Shown here one piece after another: positions 31,291-40,988 of a stretch of DNA of 64,000 nt; the stretch's first letter is position 1; each line of letters opens with the position of its first letter. The notes below the pieces were generated by a model that saw only the letters and a list, made by a program, of their open reading frames with translations, searched no databases and was not told where the DNA came from. The stretch is from NCBI GenBank assembly GCA_046582655.1, contig JAYGDX010000016.1, positions 1 through 64,000 on the forward strand. Direction: 5' to 3'. A program made the position numbers and the translations under genes. This DNA comes from Candidatus Poribacteria bacterium. Its GTDB lineage: Bacteria; Poribacteria; WGA-4E; UBA9662.

Positions 31291-31331
31291 ATCATCTTTT
31301 TAGCAACTAAAGTTAGTGACAGATTCCCAAT

Positions 31332-32738
31332 TTATTCATAACCAGGAAGCGTGCTTGACGTAGGATTGCTGAGATTAACTAGCTTGTTACTATCTACAAA
31401 TCCTTCTGGCCGATCTTTTAGTTGATTAATTAAAATTGAACGGTATTTGTCAAGTTCATCAACGTAGTCCGGATTATTGGTCAGATCATTCATCTCATTG
31501 GGATCATTCTCCAAATTAAAATACTGTTCCTGTCCCAACCCCGGATACCAGATGTACTTTGATTTACCATCAGTCAGATATTGCATCCCACTATTAAGTG
31601 TTGGTATTTTCGCACATTCCCCATGAATATGGTCACGCCACTGCATGTCTTCACCACAGATCAACGGCAATAAACTATGACCATCCACACTGTCTGGAAT
31701 TTCAACTTCAGCAATATCAAGTAACGTCGGCATGACATCCATCAATTCTACTGTCTCATCAATTACCTTTTCCTGCTTGATTTCCATGTTCTTAGGCAAA
31801 CGAATTAGAAAGGGGATATGAGCTGATCCCTCGAAAGCATTGCGCTTCCGAATCCACTGATGTTCTCCTAGCATTTCACCATGATCGGAAACAAAAACGA
31901 TGACTGTATTCTGAGGAACATGTTCCAAAACGCGTCCAATCTGGTTGTCAATATGATTAATGCAGCCGTAGTATCCGGCTTGCATCTGTTTTTGGACATT
32001 AGGTTCCAAATACACCCGCCAGGCATTTACTGGTAATCCTCGCTGTGGTTGATCATAAATACGTGCCCAATCAGCTACAGTTGGTTCCGGTAAGTCCATG
32101 TCTATATACCGTTCATAGTAGCAAGCGGGTGGCGTCAATGGCTGGTGGGGTTGATGGAAACTGAGTTTCAGAAAAAAGGGTAATGTTGGATCTCGTCGTT
32201 CCAAAAAACGTATTGCATTATCAGCACACCAGTTGGTGAAATGGAATCTTTCTTCTAAATGGAACGGTCGCGCCGCGTACCCATTTGCGCTCATCCCGTG
32301 TGCCAACCCAGCTCTCGGTTGCATAACACGCTCACTAATTAGAAAACGCTCATAGTCGTCCATAACTACATTCGGAGTTGGACTGTCCGCCCAATCTGCT
32401 GAGTTAAAACCGTACAATTTTCGGCACGGATAGAGGTGCAATTTACCAACAAGATGGGTTTGATACCCGGATCTTGAGAGTTCGTCCGGCAACGTAGAGC
32501 CATTAAGAATCGAATGATGGTTCATGAAAACACCATGGGAAGCAGCTTTCTGGCCAGTCATTAAAGTTCTACGAGCCGGAACACAAACCGGACAAGCGCT
32601 GTATCCACGGCTAAATCGTATGCCGCTGGTAGCAATCTCGTCGAGGTAAGGCGTTTGCAAAACAGGATGCCCACTGATTCCCAGACAATCACCACGCTGT
32701 TGATCCGTTACAATCAGCAAGATATTGGGTTGGCTCAT
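31332..32738 (-). CDS. Sulfatase (arylsulfatase/choline-sulfatase-like, S1)
   Basis: PNILLIVTDQQR, CVPARR (CxPxR), GKLH, PHQP, SDHGEMLG. Confidence 0.95.
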   Translation of the reverse strand: MSQPNILLIVTDQQRGDCLGISGHPVLQTPYLDEIATSGIRFSRGYSACPVCVPARRTLMTGQKAASHGVFMNHHSILNGSTLPDELSRSGYQTHLVGKLHLYPCRKLYGFNSADWADSPTPNVVMDDYERFLISERVMQPRAGLAHGMSANGYAARPFHLEERFHFTNWCADNAIRFLERRDPTLPFFLKLSFHQPHQPLTPPACYYERYIDMDLPEPTVADWARIYDQPQRGLPVNAWRVYLEPNVQKQMQAGYYGCINHIDNQIGRVLEHVPQNTVIVFVSDHGEMLGEHQWIRKRNAFEGSAHIPFLIRLPKNMEIKQEKVIDETVELMDVMPTLLDIAEVEIPDSVDGHSLLPLICGEDMQWRDHIHGECAKIPTLNSGMQYLTDGKSKYIWYPGLGQEQYFNLENDPNEMNDLTNNPDYVDELDKYRSILINQLKDRPEGFVDSNKLVNLSNPTSSTLPGYE

Positions 32739-32772
32739 ATTTGTTCTCTCAATATACCCTCGTCAAAATAAT

Positions 32773-34122
32773 TTACGCGTTAAGTTCGCCTTCTTGGAAG
32801 GATTGTTCCAACCAAGGATCTTCTGTTTTTTGGCGAAAGGTTATTACTTTCTTCCGCATGTCATCGATTACATCTGTCAACTGCGGATCGCTAATGAGAT
32901 TTGTCGATTCTGCCGGATCATTTTGGATATCAAAAAGTGCTTCCCGATCCTGATGGAGAAACCCTTCTTCTGAACGTTGACCGAGCATATCAATGTTTGG
33001 ATCCTGACGTATAGCGGTCCAGGAAATTGACCGAAACAGATCGCTGGGTAAAGGTGTAGTGAGTTGGTAAGCTAGATTCCGAACGTACTTGTAGCGTCGA
33101 CCACGTAGAACACGATACGGGTAATAATTTGTTACTTCGTGGAAGCAGTGTGAGAAGAACGTTTCCTCCCACTCTCCAGCACCTGGACAGTCGGATTCAT
33201 CTTCCAATATTGGCAAGATTGATTTCCCGTATAGGGCTGCTGATCCATCTGGATGATCGGTATCACACCACTCAAGTATGGTTGGGCAAAAATCGACCCA
33301 ATTCATTAATGCTTGGCTTCGAATTCCACGTTTTTGTTGAGCTGGATTGCGTATGATCAAGGGGCAATGATGTCCACTATCAAAACTGGACGCTTTTGCG
33401 CCTGGGAAAGGCATAGCATGGTCAGTTGTTACAAAAACTAGCGTTTCGCCAGCGCGGCCTGATTGATCAAGCGCTTTCAAAACAGCGCCGACAACCTGGT
33501 CCCACCGAGACACGCTTTCGTAGTAATCAGCTAAATCCTCACGAATTGCGGGGATGTCGGGCAAAAAGTTGGGGACAATGATGTCAGATGGCTCATATCC
33601 AACTGGTTCTATGCCTGAATGTATTCGTTCATTTCCATACCCCTGGCCTGCACGGTGTGGATGCCCGCTACCGACATGCAGATAGAATGGTCGATCTGAA
33701 TGCTGCTCAAGGAATTCAAGGGATTTCTCCGCCATATCAGCCGGACTTCGTGCATTTACCTTCGGTTCGTAGTCGAACGGATAAACATTGGGTGGTTCCA
33801 CATGTTTTTTCCCGATACAGGCGGTTACGAATCCATTAGCTTTCAGGGTCTTGGGAATTGATTGCATGAACTCGTGCGTTCGAAACCCGTGAATCCCATG
33901 ACAATGACCATATTGACCGTGTGTATGACTATGTTGACCGGTAAGGATACAAGCTCGGCTGACTGCACAAGACGGACTGGTGCAAAAAGCGTAATCGAAA
34001 ACTATCCCTTCTTCAGCCAAAGCATCAATATTCGGTGTTTGGATCACCTCATTGCCATAACACCGCGCAATTCGACTCCAATCATCAGCAATCAGAAAAA
34101 GCACACTCTGTTTATCTCTCAT
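32773..34122 (-). CDS. Sulfatase (N-sulfoglucosamine sulfohydrolase-like)
   Basis: LIADD, CTSPSCAVSRACILTG, GKKHV, PHR, DH.MPFPGAK, HEVTNYYPYR. Confidence 0.9.
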   Translation of the reverse strand: MRDKQSVLFLIADDWSRIARCYGNEVIQTPNIDALAEEGIVFDYAFCTSPSCAVSRACILTGQHSHTHGQYGHCHGIHGFRTHEFMQSIPKTLKANGFVTACIGKKHVEPPNVYPFDYEPKVNARSPADMAEKSLEFLEQHSDRPFYLHVGSGHPHRAGQGYGNERIHSGIEPVGYEPSDIIVPNFLPDIPAIREDLADYYESVSRWDQVVGAVLKALDQSGRAGETLVFVTTDHAMPFPGAKASSFDSGHHCPLIIRNPAQQKRGIRSQALMNWVDFCPTILEWCDTDHPDGSAALYGKSILPILEDESDCPGAGEWEETFFSHCFHEVTNYYPYRVLRGRRYKYVRNLAYQLTTPLPSDLFRSISWTAIRQDPNIDMLGQRSEEGFLHQDREALFDIQNDPAESTNLISDPQLTDVIDDMRKKVITFRQKTEDPWLEQSFQEGELNA

Positions 34123-34203
34123 CTAAAGATGTCTCTCCATTCTGATAAAGTTATGTTCTTATTTAGCATTTTTTTACCTGCTATCTTCTGGATAATTGAT
34201 GAC

Positions 34204-35835
34204 CTAATCCGGATTGTTAACCGTAAAGGTGAGACTTCTTTCCTCACTTTCCTTATAACCGATGCGGACAGCTTTCGTTCTTAGCGTTTTTGTGCCCTCT
34301 TGGAAACGTAACGGTTTTGTGTATAACCGCCATCGTGCCTGTTGATTTGCTTCCGTGGTGTAAGCGATGGAAGCACCCTGAGTCGCACAGTGAAGTTGTA
34401 TTATGGCAGGAGAGGTAAGCGTTTCATCTTCAGATGCTGTGTTCATGCCCAAATTTGAATTGGAGATGGGAATAAAGATTGGTGCCGCCGTTTGGGGTTG
34501 TACTCCGTTAGGCCACCATTGACGAACCATCTGTTCTTCGGGGATCTCTCCCATATCACCAAATTCAGCACGCCAATCATCTAGAGCTTTTCGCAACCGT
34601 TCAAGTGTTGATCTATATTCCGTATTCTTAGCAAGATTATCAATTTCATAGGGATCGTTTTCCAGATCATACAATTCTTCAACTGGTCGTGGGTGTTGAA
34701 ACATAACATTTTCTGACCCTTCCAGCTTGTCTTCTGCGTGCAATCGCCACATCTCTTGCATTGCCGGATGGCGGTTTCGATAGGGAATCCAAAGCAGGTA
34801 AGGTTTCTCAGGATAGAAATTCCGAATGTATTTGTAGCGTTTATCCCGTGTAGCACGAACCATATCATAAGATTCGTCATATCGATCCCGCGTTGCAAAC
34901 ACATATTCTCTTTCGGTTGCTTCTGAGCCGAGGAAGGGCTGGCCCTGTAGATGTGAAGGTAAGTCTATTCCAGACAACGAAAGTACGGTTGGACCTAGAT
35001 CTACTAAACTTATGAGATTTTCTGATACGCTGTCAGCCGTTAATTCTCCTGGCCATCGAACAATCAACGGAATACGAATGCCGGCATCGTAAGTCCACCG
35101 TTTTCCGCGGGGTAACCCTTCCCCATGATCACTCCACAAAAACACGATTGTATTTTCGACCAGTCCGTCCTCTTCCAATTCTCCGAGAATCTGACCGACT
35201 CGCTGATCTGCCAGCGTCAGGTTGTCGTAATGGCGTGCTAGAGCTTGGCGTGTTTTAGGCGTATCTGGCAAGTACGGCGGTAATGTCACTTGATCCGGGT
35301 CGGTAGGATCATCAACAGGAGGCCGATTATTTGGCCACATACCGCTTTCGTGAGTTACTGTTGGATTAAAGACCGAAAAGAAGGGAGAACCACCAGAGCG
35401 ATTTCGCCAATGTGCCTGATTGTTACACTCATCCCAAGCCGTAAAAGGGGATATAAATTGGTAATCCGTCTTTTGGTTGTTTGTACAATAGTATCCGGTC
35501 GCTCGCAGGTATTCGGTAAACGTTTTGACGTGTGGTGGAGGAACAGCGGAATATGGAGTTGGCATCTCAGGAGTATGTTGATTGGTGTGTGCTGTTCGCA
35601 TGTGGTGTGTACCGATAGAGGTTTGATACATGCCAGTAATGATTGCTGATCGACTGGGTGCGCAAACTCCAGCGGTTGAAAATGCATTTGGATACCTCCT
35701 ACCCTCTGCTGCCAGACGATCAATATTTGGTGTCCGCGCAATTCGATCTCCATAACAGCCAAATCGTGGACTGGTATCTTCTAACGAAATCCATAGGATG
35801 TTTGGTTGGTCCAATTCCTGTTTTCTGAAACTCAT
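34204..35835 (-). CDS. Sulfatase with C-terminal chitobiase/Fn3-associated-like domain
   Basis: PNILWISLED, CAPSRSAIITG, SDHG.GLPRGKR, RDRYDE; C-terminal TQGASIAYT..W.LY..P..KAVRIGY. Confidence 0.92.
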   Translation of the reverse strand: MSFRKQELDQPNILWISLEDTSPRFGCYGDRIARTPNIDRLAAEGRRYPNAFSTAGVCAPSRSAIITGMYQTSIGTHHMRTAHTNQHTPEMPTPYSAVPPPHVKTFTEYLRATGYYCTNNQKTDYQFISPFTAWDECNNQAHWRNRSGGSPFFSVFNPTVTHESGMWPNNRPPVDDPTDPDQVTLPPYLPDTPKTRQALARHYDNLTLADQRVGQILGELEEDGLVENTIVFLWSDHGEGLPRGKRWTYDAGIRIPLIVRWPGELTADSVSENLISLVDLGPTVLSLSGIDLPSHLQGQPFLGSEATEREYVFATRDRYDESYDMVRATRDKRYKYIRNFYPEKPYLLWIPYRNRHPAMQEMWRLHAEDKLEGSENVMFQHPRPVEELYDLENDPYEIDNLAKNTEYRSTLERLRKALDDWRAEFGDMGEIPEEQMVRQWWPNGVQPQTAAPIFIPISNSNLGMNTASEDETLTSPAIIQLHCATQGASIAYTTEANQQARWRLYTKPLRFQEGTKTLRTKAVRIGYKESEERSLTFTVNNPD

Positions 35836-35867
35836 AATTTCCTTCTCTCGTCTGGAACTTGTAAATA

Positions 35868-36992
35868 TTATCTTGGAGTAAGTAATAACCCTTCTGTATT
35901 CAAAAACTCTGAAATCACTTTTGCTACTTTTTTATGTGCTAAAGGTTTGGGATGACAAAGATCGAAGAACAGCAATTCTCCAACCATTGTGTTCCAGTGA
36001 CGAAAACTCAGTAGCAAATTAAGAAAGGGGATAGATCTACTTTGGCAGATCGTGGACAGATGTTGCTGTGGTTCATCTGCAGATAGGAAATCCGATTCCA
36101 CTTGAACGCTAACCGGAAAACAGACAACCGCTAAAGGACAACCAGCCGATTGTGTGACTTCCTGCATTTCTTGAATATACCGATTAATCGCTATCCACGA
36201 TTCCGGTTTCCAAGCCACTCCCCAATCCAGGTCAGCGGACTCGATAAGTTGCCTCATTTCACCTTGATTCGTTACCCATTCTCGTTTTGCAAATGTGTTG
36301 ATCCAACGGAACCGGCTTGATGCATTCGGCTTCATGACACCGAATTTAATTAATACTTTTTTAGCAATAATTTTTGTTAAAGGCACCAAATTGGCAATTT
36401 GGCGAAAAGTGTACCTTCGATGAAACCATGTCGGTTTTGATTCATTGGGAAATCCGCCAATAGGCCGGGCATCATTGAGGTAAAAACCGAGAAGTACAAG
36501 ATCTGGTTGAAAATTTAGACCAACCTGTTTTAGGAGTTTTAACTCTTCCTGTAACCCTAGATCTTCAATACCGATGTTGATGACTTCATAATTTCTGTTT
36601 GGGTGTTGCGTCCTAAGAATGGTTTCAAGCTGTTTGACATAAGTTTCATTTAACTCTACACCCCATCCAAAAGTAATTGAGTCTCCAAGAGCAACAATCC
36701 GAAACGTGCCTTCCTGTTTCTCAAAAGGTATTTCCCTATCACGCCAACCCAGAGAGTTAATCTGTATTGTTATCTCTTTGCCATTTTCTACGAATTGTTT
36801 TTTGCAGACAACCCCCGGGATCAAATACCGTTCTTGGGTTTTCTGATCAATTCTGAAATAGGCTTTTGAAGAGCGTATAAATCGATAAACAGAGTAACCA
36901 ACTTCAATTATCAGGAGAGTCAGAAGGATTGCTCCTACAGACAGCAATAAATTAGTGAAGTTCCGTTTGAAGAAGCTAGTAATTCGAGTCAA
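35868..36992 (-). CDS. Membrane-anchored SGNH/GDSL hydrolase family protein
   Basis: N-terminal TM; INSLGWRD, LGDSITFG, NDA, D..HP. Confidence 0.85.
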   Translation of the reverse strand: MTRITSFFKRNFTNLLLSVGAILLTLLIIEVGYSVYRFIRSSKAYFRIDQKTQERYLIPGVVCKKQFVENGKEITIQINSLGWRDREIPFEKQEGTFRIVALGDSITFGWGVELNETYVKQLETILRTQHPNRNYEVINIGIEDLGLQEELKLLKQVGLNFQPDLVLLGFYLNDARPIGGFPNESKPTWFHRRYTFRQIANLVPLTKIIAKKVLIKFGVMKPNASSRFRWINTFAKREWVTNQGEMRQLIESADLDWGVAWKPESWIAINRYIQEMQEVTQSAGCPLAVVCFPVSVQVESDFLSADEPQQHLSTICQSRSIPFLNLLLSFRHWNTMVGELLFFDLCHPKPLAHKKVAKVISEFLNTEGLLLTPR

Positions 36993-37029
36993 AAAACTTC
37001 CTCTGCTTTATCTCCGTCATAGCAGCATA

Positions 37030-37713
37030 TCATCTTAAAATTGATTGGCAAGAAGCAATAAACTCGGTTGAGGAGGATGTGTACCCAACAATATGTTCGA
37101 AATTCCGCAACATAATTTTCCGTAACCAGCCTTTCTCAGGTAAAGTTTCGTCCACTGTATCCGGATACTCGGCAGAATGGGTGCAGTCTCGTAACATAAT
37201 GACTCGATAATTAAGTTCCACAGCACCTGCCAGCGTTTGGTACAAACATGCTCTCTGACTGAACCCGACAGCAATCAAGGTTTTGATGTCATAACACCGT
37301 AGATGATAATCAACATGAGTTTGATGAAATCCGGACCATTCCCGTTTTGGGAAATCAGGTTCATGCAGTAACGGTTGGATAGACGGAGAGTAATTGGGTT
37401 GATGAGGTTTCCGCAATGGCGGAGGACGATCTTTGGCGTCGGAAGTCCCCCAGCGTGTGCCGTGAATTTCTCGTTTAATACTGCCAGGCTCATCAACCAG
37501 CGAAAAATCGTTATGGATGAAGATAACACGCATCTTGACCTTGCGAGCATTAGCCAATGCCGGTGCAATTCCTTCCTCCACATATGTATTGCCACTACCG
37601 CAATCACTATCTACAATCATGAAAGCAGTCTGCCCAATTTCTATCTCGAGGGTCTTATATTCCGTGGTGTTGCTGTACCAACGAACAGGAAGTTTTAATG
37701 TACTCATAAACAT
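37030..37713 (-). CDS. Isochorismatase/cysteine hydrolase family protein
   Basis: TAFMIVD, KREWSGF, TLIAVGF...C, YRVIMLRDCT. Confidence 0.85.
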   Translation of the reverse strand: MFMSTLKLPVRWYSNTTEYKTLEIEIGQTAFMIVDSDCGSGNTYVEEGIAPALANARKVKMRVIFIHNDFSLVDEPGSIKREIHGTRWGTSDAKDRPPPLRKPHQPNYSPSIQPLLHEPDFPKREWSGFHQTHVDYHLRCYDIKTLIAVGFSQRACLYQTLAGAVELNYRVIMLRDCTHSAEYPDTVDETLPEKGWLRKIMLRNFEHIVGYTSSSTEFIASCQSILR

Positions 37714-37737
37714 TGTCCAGCAGCTTGATCAAAAGAC

Positions 37738-39075
37738 CTAGTAACTTGACGGTTTTGGGGTGGCAGGTGGCCAATATCCATTTGGGGCTTCGTCCCACAC
37801 AGTGCCACACAATCGGGAAATTACACACCATTCTGCTGACGTTAGATGTGCATGATTATGAAATAGAAACCGCTTAAGTCCGACTTCCTTAGAAGCTTTG
37901 AGAATCCTGGACAGGTCGCCCGACGTCATGGGATCACCACCATGCGGCATTCGACCGGTATCTACCCAAGGAACCACCTTCTCTGGACAACTGACGGCAG
38001 CCAGTGCTCGCTCAGTTTCCAGCTTAACCGTTTCACCAAAGAAAGCTGGCGGGAATCCGAGATCCATATCAGCTAAAGATTGTACTTCTGGTAGATCTAT
38101 ACCCAACCAAGCCTTTACAATCGTAAAGCATTCCTGTTCGCTCAAGTCAGGATTCCATTCATGAACTTGTGATATCCATCTAGCCACAGTCCCATACATA
38201 CCGTCAAAACCCCGGTGCCAGAAGTAATGTTTAACCAGTAAAATATCTACGATCTTATCCCAAGCGGAAAAATCAAGCGCAGTCATCCCGGAAAAGACGG
38301 CTGAGCGCGGACTATTGCCCAGTAGGAGTTGACGGGGGAGTTTATCTAGTTCTCTTCGGAATGCTTCGCCTGTTTCGATGCTGTCTTTTCGTCTCCATCG
38401 AAGCCAGTAGACAGCATCTTCATTAATATCAAACAGATTCATTTCAGATAATACGCCGTGATGACCGTAGTAACGGACTTGAGAGGATGTAAAACTCTGG
38501 AACCGCTGACGAAGGTGCTGCATTCCTCTTTCCAGCTTGACGGGATCATAACCTCTGATGGATGCTGTTTTCTTGGTGGCATCGGAAATATCGGCAAAAA
38601 CCGCATTCCCATGATGCTTAACGAGTTCATAGGCCGATTCTGTCCAACCGTCCATGATGCCGCCATCCACTTGCGGAAATGCGCTGAACACTTCAGCCCA
38701 CATGGTTGCAGTGGATATTGCACCATAGGGATCTTCTTCTAATGAAAGCGGTTTTGCTCCTGTTGCCCCGCTTCCGGGAGCAAAAATGAAAATTGTCCAA
38801 CCCCGTTTTTTGGCATTGTCCAACATGGTATGGAGCAATTTTTCTTTAGTCGAATCGGTTTGGGCTTGACGCTCGTTGGGAACTAGTCCACGGTCACGGT
38901 AGACTTGCGGATTGGAGGCGAAGGCGGGAATAGTGAATTGGCCTTGCGAATCCGCAAATAACGTGCGTCCAAAGACGAAACCGCGAACTCCACCGTCTTC
39001 CCAAGCATCGAAAATGCGTTCATAGTCGTTAATCACTGGTTCAAGTGGCTGGCCAATACGCATCCAAGCTTGCAT
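37738..39075 (-). CDS. Hypothetical protein (possible TIM-barrel fold)
   Basis: Long ORF within the operon; ATG 39075 preceded by AGGAAAG; no recognised family. Confidence 0.7.
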   Translation of the reverse strand: MQAWMRIGQPLEPVINDYERIFDAWEDGGVRGFVFGRTLFADSQGQFTIPAFASNPQVYRDRGLVPNERQAQTDSTKEKLLHTMLDNAKKRGWTIFIFAPGSGATGAKPLSLEEDPYGAISTATMWAEVFSAFPQVDGGIMDGWTESAYELVKHHGNAVFADISDATKKTASIRGYDPVKLERGMQHLRQRFQSFTSSQVRYYGHHGVLSEMNLFDINEDAVYWLRWRRKDSIETGEAFRRELDKLPRQLLLGNSPRSAVFSGMTALDFSAWDKIVDILLVKHYFWHRGFDGMYGTVARWISQVHEWNPDLSEQECFTIVKAWLGIDLPEVQSLADMDLGFPPAFFGETVKLETERALAAVSCPEKVVPWVDTGRMPHGGDPMTSGDLSRILKASKEVGLKRFLFHNHAHLTSAEWCVISRLCGTVWDEAPNGYWPPATPKPSSY

Positions 39076-39103
39076 TTGGTTGACTTTCCTAAATGTTATT
39101 TGA

Positions 39104-40219
39104 TTACATACACAATATTTCAATCATCTGTTGATACACTTTAACTGCTTCAAACAGTTGACTAATTTCAATGTACTCGCCAACCGTGTGCGCCTGCTCG
39201 ATATTACCAGGGCCAAGGACGACCAATTGTAGAGAATCTTGGAACGAAAAGGCATCGGTTCCGAACGGTACCGTACTCGGTTTGGATATCCCTGTTGCTT
39301 TGAGTCCAGTTTGAACAATTTCAGTTTCAGGCGAGATATAGAACGGTTGACCTTGACTCGATGTCACTTCAAAATTATACTTCTCTGCCTTTTCCGTTAC
39401 CATGGCAATTACGTCTTGGCTTCTATCATCCGGCATCGGTCTGAAACCAAGGGTGCAGACGGTTTTGGCGGCTGTAACGTTAGGTTTGCATCCACCGTCG
39501 TCTAGAATCATATTAAACCCGTTAGTTGGTGGATCAAATTCGTGATTCATAAATGACTTATCGGTCTTGCATAGTTCGGCCACTTCGACCATTTCAGCTA
39601 AGAAAGGTGCAATCAGAAAATTAGCTGAAATTCCCTGATCGGTGCTGGTATGAGCTGATCTGCCATAGGCGGTAACGACAATTCGTGCGCCACCCTTATG
39701 AGCATATACGGGGGTTAACTGGGTGGGTTCGGCAATCACACCATGCGCAGGCCGAAAAGAATTGAAAAGTACCGATTCCTCGGCAACTTGACGGGCGCCC
39801 ATACCGGAAATTTCTTCGTCGGCAGTGATGACGATAAAAAGCGGTTTTCCTAATTGGGACGAATTAACTGATGCACCTGCCACAATGGTAGCGGCTAAAG
39901 GTCCCTTCATATCGCAACTGCCACGACCAATAAGGCGATCATCTTCAATCGCAGGCGAGAACGCATCCCAAGCCCATTCGTCGCCGGGCACTGTATCCGA
40001 ATGGGAGAAAAGCCCAAAACCACCTTTCCCCTCTCCCTTTTTGGCGACTAAACTGACTTTAGATTCGCCGCTCTGATCGATAAATTGCAAACGCTCGACC
40101 TCAAACTCGCACTTCTTTAACGTTTCTTCTAGAAGATCAGAAACCGTAGCGTTACTTTGATGACTAACAGAGCTAATTGACACAATATCTTTGGTTAGTT
40201 GAATTACATCTAGTTTCAT
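39104..40219 (-). CDS. M20 family acetylornithine deacetylase-like enzyme
   Basis: SHSDTVP, GRGSCDMKG, DEE, AEPT, HKG, GPGNIEQAHT. Confidence 0.9.
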   Translation of the reverse strand: MKLDVIQLTKDIVSISSVSHQSNATVSDLLEETLKKCEFEVERLQFIDQSGESKVSLVAKKGEGKGGFGLFSHSDTVPGDEWAWDAFSPAIEDDRLIGRGSCDMKGPLAATIVAGASVNSSQLGKPLFIVITADEEISGMGARQVAEESVLFNSFRPAHGVIAEPTQLTPVYAHKGGARIVVTAYGRSAHTSTDQGISANFLIAPFLAEMVEVAELCKTDKSFMNHEFDPPTNGFNMILDDGGCKPNVTAAKTVCTLGFRPMPDDRSQDVIAMVTEKAEKYNFEVTSSQGQPFYISPETEIVQTGLKATGISKPSTVPFGTDAFSFQDSLQLVVLGPGNIEQAHTVGEYIEISQLFEAVKVYQQMIEILCM

Positions 40220-40988
40220 TAACAATTAACTCCCATCTAAAAATAATATGTGTATTCCGTTTACACGCTTGAATCCGTTTCCAACCGTTAAGTTTTGCAC
40301 ATGATTGGATAGATTCATTGAACTCTGGCCGTAGTCAGAGGAGCAATCTCTAAACAGGTCTTCCGCTCAACTTCTTCAGCCAGTGTTTCTTTCATGCATT
40401 TTCCAACTTCGTCCAAAACGTTCCCAATAAATACGCGTTCAGGTTGCGATGAACCAATGGGGGACTGTCATCAACGAGAACCATGATTGGTATGCTTGTC
40501 TGCTTAGATGGCTTCTCAGCAAATATCATTGACCGAGTAAAATGCAACTTCAGCTTATCACGAACTACCTGTGCTGTCAACGCCAAAGCATCTTCATGGT
40601 ACTGGTGTGATGTCCATGATTAGCAGGATGAATGTTTGGCCCTAAACTTGGGGAAACGTCCTGGTTCAAATCAATGAGTTTGCAGTGAAACAGAATATAG
40701 CTTTGAACCCAGTTGACATTGGTTTCTTCAGTTTGAATTACGTGGTATCTCTAGGCTTTTCCCAAATTCTGTCCAGAAATTGTTTCAGGGATTTAGCCAA
40801 TCCTAAACACCTTAAAATTTTTGTTAGATTGCTCTTACTTAGGTTATAATATTTGCTCAAATCAAGCGTTATACTTTCGAATAAAAGCGACTGTGATTCG
40901 ACTATAAATCCACCAAGATATCATCAGGTTCATCATATCAATTTTTATTAATTGCCACTCAGAAAAATGACTTTAGGCCAGCATAATA

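Noticed and set aside
40260..40700. Possible decayed gene on the minus strand (fragments ALTAQVVRDKLKLH, PERVFIGNVLDEVG)
   Set aside because: Looks coding-like, but I could not assign it to any family or establish collinearity
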